From: Thermoplasmata archaeon
GTDB lineage: Archaea > Thermoplasmatota > E2 > UBA202 > JdFR-43
Assembly (NCBI GenBank): GCA_008297865.1
Contig: VBQI01000008.1
Coordinates: forward strand, 1-33,321
DNA: 33,321 nt
Direction of reading: 5' to 3'
Shown: piece after piece, positions 1-9,476 of the stretch
Layout of the letters: the number at the start of each line of letters is the position of its first letter
Position numbering within the stretch: position 1 is the first letter of the stretch
Notes under the pieces: model-generated
Seen by the model: the letters and a program-made list of their open reading frames with translations, nothing else
Told to the model about the DNA's origin: nothing
Database searches by the model: none
Position numbers and translations under genes: made by a program

Positions 1-73
1 AAGCCATCATTTCTACACCTTCAATTAAAGTTCTTTTTAGTCTCGCTTCTTTTCCGCATATTTCACATTTCAT
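1..73 (-). CDS. 5' part of archaeal multiprotein bridging factor aMBF1 (TIGR00270-type), runs off the window
   Basis: Manual translation from ATG at 73: MKCEICGKEARLKRTLIEGVEMMA..., matching the CExCG...IEG..M Zn-ribbon start of aMBF1; not in the ORF track. Confidence 0.75.
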   Translation of the reverse strand, partial: MKCEICGKEARLKRTLIEGVEMMA

Positions 74-147
74 GTAGCGATATCTTTTTGCACAATATGA
101 ATTTTTGCAAATTTTTGAAAAGTTTTTAAAACAAAATGTATTTCTAA

Positions 148-489
148 ATGATTAAAATGATATTTGGAAAAGGAAGGAAAGAGGAATATATAGATTTGGA
201 GGAATATGGTGGAGAGGCGCAACCAGAAGCAAAGATGTTTGTAAAAGTTGTAGAAATCCAAAAATACGATGATTTAAAGGAATTTATAAGTTATATATAT
301 GAAGGAAATCTCCTTATTTTAGATATTACTCCAATTTCAGTAGATGACATTGAAGTTGAGCGAATAACAAATGAGCTTAAGAGAGTTGTTAAAGATATAA
401 ATGGGGACATTGCTGGCTTAGATAGAAATCATTTTATTGTCACACCATCTGGAGTAAAAATAGATAGGAGAAAAATTAGAAAATTCTAA
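148..489 (+). CDS. sepF: Cell division protein SepF (archaeal, DUF552)
   Basis: EEYIDLE N-terminus, GNLLILDI, INGDIAG, IVTPSGVKIDR; start could be ATG at 157. Confidence 0.85.
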   Translation: MIKMIFGKGRKEEYIDLEEYGGEAQPEAKMFVKVVEIQKYDDLKEFISYIYEGNLLILDITPISVDDIEVERITNELKRVVKDINGDIAGLDRNHFIVTPSGVKIDRRKIRKF

Positions 490-1454
490 CCCACAAAAAA
501 TTCTTCTATTTCAAGCATATCCCTCCACTCTTCCTTGCAATAACAGTATGTCTCTTTTACCTCTTGCATTAATGAGAAATTTTTGATTATATCAAGCAAA
601 TTTTTATCACATTTTCCACAATTATGAGCCCCTCTTTCCTTTCCTCCTGCAACAACATCACATTTTATTAGTCCATTATATATTTCTCTACTTTCCTTCA
701 AAATTTCAATAACACTCCATAACCAGGGAGGGCGATATAGTCCATGCTTCCATAAAAATTCTACAACTGTCTTTCCATGTATTGCAACAGGATTAAATGA
801 AATTGTATTTGCCATATCCTTCACTTTTTCAACTGTATAGATTGCATCATCAATTGCTTCTTTTTCTGTTAGAAAAGGGGATTTAATCAAAATATAAACT
901 TTTAGCTCTTTTCCGAGCTCTATGACTCTTTCTGCAGATTTTTTCCATTGTTGAAAAGTGAAACCTTTATTTATTGCATATTTCAAAACTTTATCATTTG
1001 CAGATTCAAGACCCATTGCTATTTCAAGTCTTGTCTTTGTTTTTAATTCCTCTAATGCATTGACAAATTCTGGTCTGCTTTCTACAATTATCTTTTTTGC
1101 TTTTTCAAATTTTTTTAGAATAAGAGATTGCAAATCCCGTGGAATCTCCTTTTCATCAAAAAAACTTCCAGATGTAAAAATTTTGACAATAGTTTCATTG
1201 TTATATTCCCTTATTGCTTGGGCTATCTGTTTCTTTATTTCTTCTCTTCCTGCATCATAGCTTTCCTTAAAATACCCACACATTGTGCATCCGCTTTGCT
1301 TTGCCCATCTACAGCCAGAAGTGCGCAGGATGAACACAAAAGCATCTACAATTTTTCCATCAAGAACATCCTTTTCTTTCCATATTCTCGGCTTTTTTAC
1401 TTTTTTTACCTTACCTTTTTTAAAATCTTTAATGAGTTTGTGGAATTCTTTCAT
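486..1454 (-). CDS. Archaeosine biosynthesis radical SAM protein RaSEA (TIGR01210 family)
   Basis: LRTSGCRWAKQSGCTMCGY (CX6CX2C), KIFTSGSF, ESRPEF, YRPPWLWS, RGAHNCGKC. Confidence 0.88.
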   Translation of the reverse strand: MKEFHKLIKDFKKGKVKKVKKPRIWKEKDVLDGKIVDAFVFILRTSGCRWAKQSGCTMCGYFKESYDAGREEIKKQIAQAIREYNNETIVKIFTSGSFFDEKEIPRDLQSLILKKFEKAKKIIVESRPEFVNALEELKTKTRLEIAMGLESANDKVLKYAINKGFTFQQWKKSAERVIELGKELKVYILIKSPFLTEKEAIDDAIYTVEKVKDMANTISFNPVAIHGKTVVEFLWKHGLYRPPWLWSVIEILKESREIYNGLIKCDVVAGGKERGAHNCGKCDKNLLDIIKNFSLMQEVKETYCYCKEEWRDMLEIEEFFVG

Positions 1455-2134
1455 TTTGCAATTATAGCGCGGAGCCAGTCGGCAACATTTTCCGCATGGT
1501 CTGCAATGTCATCAATCCAATCAACTATCTTGAGTAAGTGGTATTCATCCATTGGAGAGAGTTTTTCTTCGAGCTTGTAAATTTTTTCAGTTATTCTATA
1601 ACGAATTTGGTCTGCTTCCCATTCTTTTTTATGCACATTATGAATATATCTTTTTGATTCTTCCCTTTCTTTTCCTGCAAAACTTGTTTCTATTAAGTCG
1701 CGAACATTCTCAACAGCTTTTTCCATTTCCTCTACTGTTTCTGCAACTTTATTCATATGTCGTTTAAAATCTTCTTTTAACTCATCTGGTATAGGGGTGT
1801 GGCGCAAATCCAAAAGCTGGGCAAGATTTTCTGCATGGTCGAGTATTGCATCTTCTTCACGCAACACCCATAGGAAATATCTTTTGTCTACAGGCATAAG
1901 AATCGAGCGGGGCAAATGAGCTCGAATATTTCCTTTTATTAAATCAGCTTCATGCTCCAATTCTGAAACTTTTTCTGTAATCTTATGGAAGTTCTCATAA
2001 TCACCATCTATATACCTTAGCACGCCATCCCTAAGTAATGAAATGCACTCCCTAACTTTACTCATATGCTCAAATAGCCCAGCAAATGGCGACTTTTTCC
2101 TGTATGTATCTCCAACTGGTGCTCTAAATGGCAT
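1451..2134 (-). CDS. DUF47/TIGR00153 PhoU-like phosphate transport regulator
   Basis: LEHEAD..K, EWEAD..R, IADHAENVAD repeats; directly downstream of the PiT gene. Confidence 0.88.
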   Translation of the reverse strand: MPFRAPVGDTYRKKSPFAGLFEHMSKVRECISLLRDGVLRYIDGDYENFHKITEKVSELEHEADLIKGNIRAHLPRSILMPVDKRYFLWVLREEDAILDHAENLAQLLDLRHTPIPDELKEDFKRHMNKVAETVEEMEKAVENVRDLIETSFAGKEREESKRYIHNVHKKEWEADQIRYRITEKIYKLEEKLSPMDEYHLLKIVDWIDDIADHAENVADWLRAIIAK

Positions 2135-3354
2135 TAAAATAATATTGTCAACCCCCTATAAATCAATATCGATAAAATTGCAGTTGCAGGTAGGGTGAGA
2201 AGCCATGAATAAACTATCTTTTTAATAATGGATAAATCAACAGCATCCAAACCTCTAGCGAGTCCAACACCTATGACAGCTCCCACTACAGTATGCGTCG
2301 TTGAGATAGGCATTCCAAGTTTGGAGGCAACAAGCACTACAGTTGCAGCTGAAAAATCTATTGCAAATCCCCTTGTGTTAGTCAAAGCAGTTATTTTTCC
2401 CCCTACAGTCCTTATAACTTTGTATCCCCATGTCACAATACCTATTGCTATTCCCATGCCTCCTAAGGCAAGCAGATACATAGGGTCAATGTTCATTTGG
2501 AGGGCAATAACTAAAACGACAGCTACTGGGGCAATTGCATTTGCAACATCATTTGCTCCATGAGAAAATGCAACATAGCACGAGGTCATTACTTGTAAAC
2601 GGCGAAAAAGCCCTTCTACAATATCATAGCCTCTTCCTGCCACCTTGCGTAGAAGGAGGAATCCAAAAATTGATGCGATAAAGGCTATGAGAAGAGAAAG
2701 AAGAATATATTCTTTCAAATCATATTCAAGTAGTTCCCCAACCCTTGTTTTCATAAAAATTGAAAGAAAAATGATAAAGATGGTTAAGCCAATGAATAAT
2801 GGTCCGACTTTCTTTGCACTTTTTACTGGCTCTTTTTTTGCAAGAACAAAATAAGCAATTATCTTAAACATTATAAAAGCCATAATTCCACCAACGATGG
2901 GTGAAAGAACCCATGATGAAGCTATTTGACCAACGGTACCCCATTTTACGAATGATAATCCTCCTTGAATAAGTCCAAAACCTATAACCCCGCCTATTAC
3001 ACCATGGGTTGTAGAAACTGGCAATTCCTTCCATGTAGCGATAGTTACGAAAATTCCAGCAGCAAGCAAGGCAGACAAAAAGCCGAGCGCAACCAAATGT
3101 TCATCCATAATTAAATTTCCTCCTGCATCGTAAGCCTTTACAATTCCTCCTTTTATTGTATCTGTAACATGCTTTCCAACGAGCACCGCCCCCAAAAAGT
3201 TAAGGACAGAAGCAATGATTAAAGCCTGTCTTAATGTTATTGCCTTCGCTCCTACAGCAGTTGACATTGAATTTGCAACGTCATTTGCCCCTATGCTCCA
3301 TGCCATATATAAGCCAGCAAAGATGGCAATAGCAACAAGTAAAATAGCAAGCAT
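2134..3354 (-). CDS. pitA: Inorganic phosphate transporter, PiT family
   Basis: Two GANDVAN signatures, PVSTTH / PISTTH motifs, many TM segments. Confidence 0.93.
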   Translation of the reverse strand: MLAILLVAIAIFAGLYMAWSIGANDVANSMSTAVGAKAITLRQALIIASVLNFLGAVLVGKHVTDTIKGGIVKAYDAGGNLIMDEHLVALGFLSALLAAGIFVTIATWKELPVSTTHGVIGGVIGFGLIQGGLSFVKWGTVGQIASSWVLSPIVGGIMAFIMFKIIAYFVLAKKEPVKSAKKVGPLFIGLTIFIIFLSIFMKTRVGELLEYDLKEYILLSLLIAFIASIFGFLLLRKVAGRGYDIVEGLFRRLQVMTSCYVAFSHGANDVANAIAPVAVVLVIALQMNIDPMYLLALGGMGIAIGIVTWGYKVIRTVGGKITALTNTRGFAIDFSAATVVLVASKLGMPISTTHTVVGAVIGVGLARGLDAVDLSIIKKIVYSWLLTLPATAILSILIYRGLTILF

Positions 3355-3367
3355 GGTAGGTAAATAT

Positions 3368-3390
3368 TCATAAAAATTTATATTTTCCTG
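3368..3390. promoter_or_regulatory. Putative compact divergent promoter (TATA-like box) for pit and the Lrp-domain operon
   Basis: AAAAATTTATAT at 3372-3383, about 23 nt from each of the divergent ATGs (3354 and 3406); no SD on either side. Confidence 0.4.
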
Positions 3391-3405
3391 CCAAATTCTT
3401 TTATA

Positions 3406-3645
3406 ATGATTAAAGCATACATTCTCATTCTTACATATGTTGGAAATTTGAAAGCTGTGCTTGAGGAAATGAGGAAGCTTAGCAACATAGAAAGCATTGC
3501 AGTCGTTGCCGGTGACTATGACATAATTGTAAAAGCAAGTGTAAACAGCTTAGAAGAGCTTATGGAACTAACAGATAAAATACATGCAATTAAAGGGGTT
3601 AAAAGAACGAATACACAGGTTATAGAAAAAGAGATAGAGACATGA
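3406..3645 (+). CDS. Stand-alone Lrp/AsnC ligand-binding (RAM) domain protein
   Basis: 79 aa, KAYILI...VAGDYDIIVK...I..IKGVKRTNT; no HTH. Confidence 0.88.
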   Translation: MIKAYILILTYVGNLKAVLEEMRKLSNIESIAVVAGDYDIIVKASVNSLEELMELTDKIHAIKGVKRTNTQVIEKEIET

Positions 3646-4862
3646 GGATAAGAAAAAAGAGTTTATTCTATCTACTTGCAATTTTGTCCTCATTGATAGC
3701 CGCGGGTGTAACTTCAATAGACACATATATATCTATAAAATATAAAATAAATCCATGGACATTATGTCTTGCTATTTTCATAGCTGGGATGATAATAACT
3801 CTTTTATTATGCATTTTTTTATCCATTCCTATAGGAAAGAAAGCAATAGGGACAAGAATAGATCCTTCTTTTTATAGGATAAGGTTGCTAAGGAAAGAAG
3901 AATTACCATATCATATATTGGCTGGTATAGGAAATGCTGTTGCAACCATAGCCTATTTCTTCATAATATCAATTTATAAAGATCCGTCTGCCACCATTTC
4001 CTTTTTCCAGGTTGTTATCTTATATTTACTCCTCACTGAATCAATAGCAGAGAAAAATGCTCCCACGCTTGCGGAGGTAGAGTCTTCAGTGATAGTAACA
4101 TTTGGTGCAATAATGGCTTCTTTTTCCCTACAAGGGGAAATTAATTTTTTGGGCTTGCTTATTGTTTTTGCTATCCTAAACCCTGCATGGGTTCTGTTTT
4201 CAATATATCAAAGAAGGCTTAAATTGATGAAAATAAATGGAAGACATAATGACGCAATCAATATTAGATTCTGGAATCTCTTATTTACGACTCTCTTTAC
4301 ATCGCTTCTTGTTTATTTCATTGATGCAAAAAGATTTTTTGAAGTGGCTGTAGTAATGAAATATTGGCAAATATTTTTCCTTTCAATGGGAGTAACGTTC
4401 TTTTCATACATCCTTTATATCAGAGCTTTGGGGCTGGGCAAAGCAAGCGTTACCCAAGCAGTAAAATCCTCTACCATAATATTTTCAATTCCCTTCTCCA
4501 TTCTTCTTTCTAAATTTGTCCACATATCCTTATATGAATCTCCACAACAGCTTGTGATAAAAACAATGGGCATAATACTTGTTGTTATGGGGGTAATATC
4601 TTTTGCACTTACAGAAGTAAAGGCATATATTTTTATGAAGGCAAGCACTGGCTATTCAATAGATGAGTTAATGAGAAAGATATGGAAAATAAAGGGTATA
4701 ACAAGCGTTGCTACTGTTGCTGGAAAATATGATATAATTGCAAAAGCCAGAATAAGAACCTTAGGCAAGGGATATGAGCGAATTATAAGAGAATTAGAGG
4801 GGATAAAAGGAATAGAAAGATTTGAATGGCAATCCATATTAAAAGAATGGGAGGAAGTATAA
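3642..4862 (+). CDS. EamA/DMT-family transporter with C-terminal Lrp/AsnC ligand-binding domain
   Basis: About 10 hydrophobic segments with YIRALGLGKASVT DMT-like motif; C-terminal VKAYIFMK...VAGKYDIIAK...I.GI resembles the upstream RAM protein. Confidence 0.78.
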   Translation: MRIRKKSLFYLLAILSSLIAAGVTSIDTYISIKYKINPWTLCLAIFIAGMIITLLLCIFLSIPIGKKAIGTRIDPSFYRIRLLRKEELPYHILAGIGNAVATIAYFFIISIYKDPSATISFFQVVILYLLLTESIAEKNAPTLAEVESSVIVTFGAIMASFSLQGEINFLGLLIVFAILNPAWVLFSIYQRRLKLMKINGRHNDAINIRFWNLLFTTLFTSLLVYFIDAKRFFEVAVVMKYWQIFFLSMGVTFFSYILYIRALGLGKASVTQAVKSSTIIFSIPFSILLSKFVHISLYESPQQLVIKTMGIILVVMGVISFALTEVKAYIFMKASTGYSIDELMRKIWKIKGITSVATVAGKYDIIAKARIRTLGKGYERIIRELEGIKGIERFEWQSILKEWEEV

Positions 4863-5605
4863 TGAAAGTTGGAATTATCGGGGGCACAGGTTTATATGAA
4901 ATGGAAGGAGAGGCAATTGTTGTTGAAACTAATTATGGCGACGTTGAAATGATATTTTTTGAAAAACACGACAGGCAAATCTTTTTCATTCCAAGACATG
5001 GGAAGAAGCATAAGCCTGCCCATAGCGTAAATTATTTTGCTAATATAGAGGCAATGAAAAATGCTGGTGTGGAAGCGATAATTGCAACAAGCACAGTTGG
5101 TTCAATGAAGAAAGAAATAAAGCCTGGAAGCATCTTCATTCCAAATGATTTTATTGATTTTACAAGGCGTAAAACAACTTTTTTTGATGATGAAGCAGTC
5201 CATATTGACATGAGTCAGCCTTTCTGTCCTATCATAAGAAAAATTTTGTTTGAAGAAGCAAGGAAGCAGAGCATTGCTCATGAAGGGGTTTATGTTGTAA
5301 CTCAGGGACCAAGATTAGAAACAAAAGCAGAAATCTCCATGCTCAGAAATTTTGCAGACGTCGTTGGGATGACCTTATTTCCAGAGATAGTGCTGGCGAG
5401 AGAAAAAGGAATTTGCTATGCCTCCTTATGCATTGTTTCAAATTTTGCTGCAGGATTGCAGGAAAAACTGGATATAGAAGAAATTAAAAGAATATATGAA
5501 AATAAGAAACGTGTGGTGCTCTCAATTATTGATGGATGTATAAAAAGATTGCCAGAAGAAAGGAAATGTGATTGTAAAAATGCAGCTGATAAAGGGAGAA
5601 TATAA
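4862..5605 (+). CDS. MTAP-family purine nucleoside phosphorylase (probably methylthioinosine/6-oxopurine type)
   Basis: KVGIIGGTG, PRHG..H, GPRLETKAE, DVVGMT..PE; SNFAAG where classical MTAP has TDYD; start reassigned to ATG 4862. Confidence 0.88.
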   Translation: MKVGIIGGTGLYEMEGEAIVVETNYGDVEMIFFEKHDRQIFFIPRHGKKHKPAHSVNYFANIEAMKNAGVEAIIATSTVGSMKKEIKPGSIFIPNDFIDFTRRKTTFFDDEAVHIDMSQPFCPIIRKILFEEARKQSIAHEGVYVVTQGPRLETKAEISMLRNFADVVGMTLFPEIVLAREKGICYASLCIVSNFAAGLQEKLDIEEIKRIYENKKRVVLSIIDGCIKRLPEERKCDCKNAADKGRI

Positions 5606-6107
5606 TATTGAAGAGCTCATTAAATTTGTTCATTCTATCTACTTAGCTACAAACGGAGCCTATCCTCTTCTTGAATGGGTTGATGAAAAACCATCGCCAA
5701 ATGACTTTAAAACTTTTGAAAAAATCTATGCTCCTTTTCTAAAGGAAAGGCTAGAAAAAGAATTTGATGAAATCTATATATGGAGAAGTAAAGAAATTAT
5801 AGGAACAGGAGCCTTAGTTTATAAATTTGAAGGAAAGGATATTCCATGGATTCCTTCATTGCCAAGTAAAGCCGGTTTCATAGAATTTTTAATGGTTTCT
5901 CCACAGCATCAAGGAAAAGGATATGGAAAAAAATTCTTGTTCTTTTTGATTCACCGTCTTCATCAATTAGCAAAAGATGCATATGTCGTAACATCTCCTT
6001 TTATAGATGCATACTTCTTTTATAAAAAAAATGGATTTAAAGATGTTTTAAGATATGAAAAATTTGTTTTAATGAAATATGAAGGCTTACATACTCAAAA
6101 CTTTTAA
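5580..6107 (+). CDS. GNAT-family N-acetyltransferase
   Basis: VSPQHQGKGYG acetyl-CoA motif A, AYFFYKKNGF motif B; start uncertain (5568 or 5580). Confidence 0.82.
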   Translation: MQLIKGEYNIEELIKFVHSIYLATNGAYPLLEWVDEKPSPNDFKTFEKIYAPFLKERLEKEFDEIYIWRSKEIIGTGALVYKFEGKDIPWIPSLPSKAGFIEFLMVSPQHQGKGYGKKFLFFLIHRLHQLAKDAYVVTSPFIDAYFFYKKNGFKDVLRYEKFVLMKYEGLHTQNF

Positions 6108-6129
6108 AGGCTGTGATATTTTACTTCAT

Positions 6130-6417
6130 ATGATTATTGCTGAACTGGCTATATTTCCTACATCTGAAGGAGTATCTGTAAGCAAATATGTTAAGAAAGC
6201 ATTGGAAGAGATAGAGAAATCTGGACTAAAGCATGAAACAGGAGCTATGTCTACAACCATAGAAGCAAAAAGCCTAAATGAAATTTTTGAGGTGATTAAA
6301 AGGGCACATGAAGCAATTGTTGGCATGGGAGCAAAGCGAATTCACATTGATTTGCGCATCGACCATAGGCTTGATAAAGAAGCGACAATTGAATCAAAGA
6401 AGAGGGCGGTTCAATGA
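6130..6417 (+). CDS. MTH1187/YkoF-family thiamine-binding protein
   Basis: AELAIFP...SVSKYV, GAMSTTIE, RIDHR.DK; start reassigned to ATG 6130. Confidence 0.88.
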   Translation: MIIAELAIFPTSEGVSVSKYVKKALEEIEKSGLKHETGAMSTTIEAKSLNEIFEVIKRAHEAIVGMGAKRIHIDLRIDHRLDKEATIESKKRAVQ

Positions 6418-7364
6418 TTGAGATATGGACAGAAAAATATCGTCCATCGAAGCTTGATGAGGTTATAGGACAAGAGCATATTGTAAAAAGTCTTAAGGCT
6501 TATGTAAAATCTGGGAATATACCTCATTTGCTTTTCGCCGGCCCCGCTGGAACAGGGAAAACAACTTGTGCCATCGCTTTGGCTAAGGAATTCTATGGTG
6601 ATGCATGGAGGGAAAATTTTGAAGAGTTGAATGCAAGCGATGAACGTGGCTTAGACGTTGTTAGAGGGAGAATAAAAAATTTTGCAAGAACAGCTCCTCT
6701 TGGGAGGGCACCCTTCAAAATCATATTTCTTGATGAGGCAGATGCTCTTACTCCAGATGCACAGGCAGCTTTAAGAAGAACAATGGAAAGATATACTGCA
6801 ACATGTAGATTTATTTTATCATGTAATTATAGTAGTAAAATTATAGAGCCGATTCAATCAAGATGCGTCGTTTTTCGTTTCTCGTCAATAAACGATAGGG
6901 ATATGGAAAAGTATTTGCAAAAAATAGCAGAGAAGGAGGGAATTGAAATAACGGAGGAAGGAATGAAATCACTGATATATGTGGCACGTGGTGACATGCG
7001 CAGGGCAATTAATTCATTGCAGGTGGCTGCGAGCATTTCAAATCGCATAGACGCAGACACTGTATATAGAGTTGCTTCTGTAGCACGTCCTGAATTGGCC
7101 AAAGCATTACTTGAAACAGCTTTGAGAGGAGATTTCTTGAAGGCGAGAGAAATGCTTGATAAAATGTTTATTGAAGAAGGACTTTCTGGAGAAGATATTA
7201 TTAAAGGATTGCACGGTGCAATTTTCGACGTTTCATTGCATGAAAGGAAGAAAGCAGAAATAATAGATAGAATGGGAGAAGTGGAATTTAGAATAGTTGA
7301 AGGAAGCAATGAACGCATACAGCTTGAAGCTTTATTGGCATATTTAGCATCGATAGAAAAATAA
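6414..7364 (+). CDS. rfcS: Replication factor C small subunit
   Basis: WTEKYRP, GPAGTGKT, ELNASDERG, LDEADAL, IQSRC; no intein. Confidence 0.96.
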   Translation: MIEIWTEKYRPSKLDEVIGQEHIVKSLKAYVKSGNIPHLLFAGPAGTGKTTCAIALAKEFYGDAWRENFEELNASDERGLDVVRGRIKNFARTAPLGRAPFKIIFLDEADALTPDAQAALRRTMERYTATCRFILSCNYSSKIIEPIQSRCVVFRFSSINDRDMEKYLQKIAEKEGIEITEEGMKSLIYVARGDMRRAINSLQVAASISNRIDADTVYRVASVARPELAKALLETALRGDFLKAREMLDKMFIEEGLSGEDIIKGLHGAIFDVSLHERKKAEIIDRMGEVEFRIVEGSNERIQLEALLAYLASIEK

Positions 7365-7384
7365 TAAATCCAGCTATTTATAAC

Positions 7385-8527
7385 ATGGAAGATGAAACAG
7401 TTTGTGTTTATGAAGAGGAGTATGAATATGGAAGCATAACTTGTCCTTTGCATCTTTCATCAACTTTTCTGTTAAATGATGAGAAATATAAAAAAATGAA
7501 GGAGGGCAAAGCAAGAGAGGATTTCATTTACTCTCGCCTTTCTAATCCAACTGTAAAAGCCTTGAAAAAGAAATTTGCAATACTTGAAAAAGCCGATGAT
7601 TCACTCGCTTTTTCTTCAGGAATGTCAGCTATAGCAACGACTCTTCTTACCTTTCTTCGTCCAAAAGATGAATTGATTACTTCCATAGATTTATACGGTG
7701 GAACTTACAGATTCATAGAGGATGAGTTGAAAATGCTCGGTATAAAAGTTAGATACGTAGACTGTACGTCCCTGGAAGAAATAAGAAATGCTATAACAGA
7801 AAGAACGAAAATGATATTTTTTGAAACAATAACAAAATCCAATGCTTAAGGTTGTTGATGTGCCTTCAATTGCAGAATTGGCAAATGAAAATGATATAAT
7901 ATTCTGTGTAGATGCAACATTTTCAACGCCTATAAATCAACATGCATTAGAGCAAGGAGCTGACATTGTTATTCACAGCACTTCAAAATATCTTAGTGGA
8001 CATTCTGATTTAATCGGGGGAATAGTTGCTTCAAATAAACAAAATATTGAAAAAATCTGGCAGAGAATGACAAAATATGGAGGTTGCATGAACCCATTTC
8101 AAGCTTATATGCTTTTAAGGAGTATGAAAACATTGCATATAAGGATGAAAACACATAATGAGAATGCAATGGGAATTGCAGAATTTCTTGAGAAAAAAGT
8201 TAAAAAAGTTATTTATCCTGGCTTAGAAAGTCACGAACAATATGAAATAGCAAAAAGACTATTAAAAGGATATGGAGGGATGGTAAGTTTCGTTTTAGGA
8301 AAAAACGAATATGGACTAAAATTTATGAGGAGGCTTAAAATAATCAAGGAAGCTTCAAGTTTAGGAGGGATTGAAAGCTTAATGAGTATGCCTTTCAATA
8401 CATCTCACAGCTATTTAAGCAATGAGGAAAGAAAAAAATGGGAATAGAGGATGGTTTTATCCGACTTTCTGTTGGAATAGAACATATTAATGATTTGATA
8501 GGTGATATAGAAAAAGCACTTAGTTAA
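7385..8527 (+). pseudogene. Cys/Met metabolism PLP-dependent lyase (methionine gamma-lyase / cystathionine gamma-synthase family), two frameshifts
   Basis: YSRLSNPT, FSSGMSAI, LYGGT, HSTSKYLSGHSD, SLGGIESL. An extra A at 7834-7837 breaks ETITNPML; a missing A at 8432-8438 separates the tail MGIEDGFIRLSVGIEHINDLIGDIEKALS* ending at 8527. Confidence 0.85.
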
Positions 8528-9475
8528 TCATTCAAAAATTATGCTTTTCTGTTCAAGTTCTATTTCTGGCATTTTATAGCCTTTTCTCGCCTTTTTATCA
8601 TACTCTTCCTCGCCCATCTCCTGGAGTATTTTACGCCCTTTCTCATACATTTTCAGAACATTGTTATTCATTTTTGCAACGCTTCCAGGTGAGATTTTTT
8701 TCATGAGCAATTTTGAAGCTATTGTTAGGCCAAGAGGGAGAGATTCTGTTCTCATTATGCTACCAGGAATAGCCTGAAACCATATGCCTATTGAATCTTC
8801 TCCAAATTTTGTTATTGGTATACCCGCGGCAGCCTGCCTTTCTGGCGTTGGGCCGACGTCTGCAACAATCCATTTCCCATCTATGTATGCTTCACCTTCA
8901 CCATGAAGCATGAAATAGCCCATTGCATCATACCACTCCTGCATGAGAGGATCTGCCATAAATGTGTCAAACCATTGTTGAATCATTGTAAGTGCATATA
9001 GCTTGTATCTTGCTTTTATTCCAGCCACCCTACATAGAGCAATGAAAAGGGAAATTTTATGGAGGCAGGTGCCATAACCTCTTCTTAAAGTTGCTTCCAC
9101 ACTGTCCAAGGGCACTATTTGAAGAATAATTTTCCTTTTGGTAAACTCAAAAGCATCCTTTGCATATTCATAAGGTTCTTTTTCAAATGCTCCAAGATGA
9201 TTTGCCAAAGCTATTACTTCTTTTGAATATGGATTACAATGCAAAGTGGGGCGGAGGTATTTCTCATCAGATTTCACGAATTTCATTCCTGGCCTATATT
9301 CCGGCAATTCATACATTCTTTCTGGAGGCTTATATCCAACTTTTTCCTTTCTTACTTCCTTAAGGCTCCCCAAATTTTTAAGCAGAACTTTGCTAAGGGC
9401 AAACCCCCCTCTAATGAAGAGTTTGAGCATTTGCTTCGGTGGGATATATTCCTTTTCTTTCCACTCTCTAAACAT
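8528..9475 (-). CDS. Transglutaminase-like (TGc) domain protein
   Basis: TLRRGYGTCLHKISLFIALCRVAGIKAR (Cys), LHGEGEAYIDGKWIVAD (His, Asp). Confidence 0.85.
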   Translation of the reverse strand: MFREWKEKEYIPPKQMLKLFIRGGFALSKVLLKNLGSLKEVRKEKVGYKPPERMYELPEYRPGMKFVKSDEKYLRPTLHCNPYSKEVIALANHLGAFEKEPYEYAKDAFEFTKRKIILQIVPLDSVEATLRRGYGTCLHKISLFIALCRVAGIKARYKLYALTMIQQWFDTFMADPLMQEWYDAMGYFMLHGEGEAYIDGKWIVADVGPTPERQAAAGIPITKFGEDSIGIWFQAIPGSIMRTESLPLGLTIASKLLMKKISPGSVAKMNNNVLKMYEKGRKILQEMGEEEYDKKARKGYKMPEIELEQKSIIFE

Positions 9476-9476
9476 A

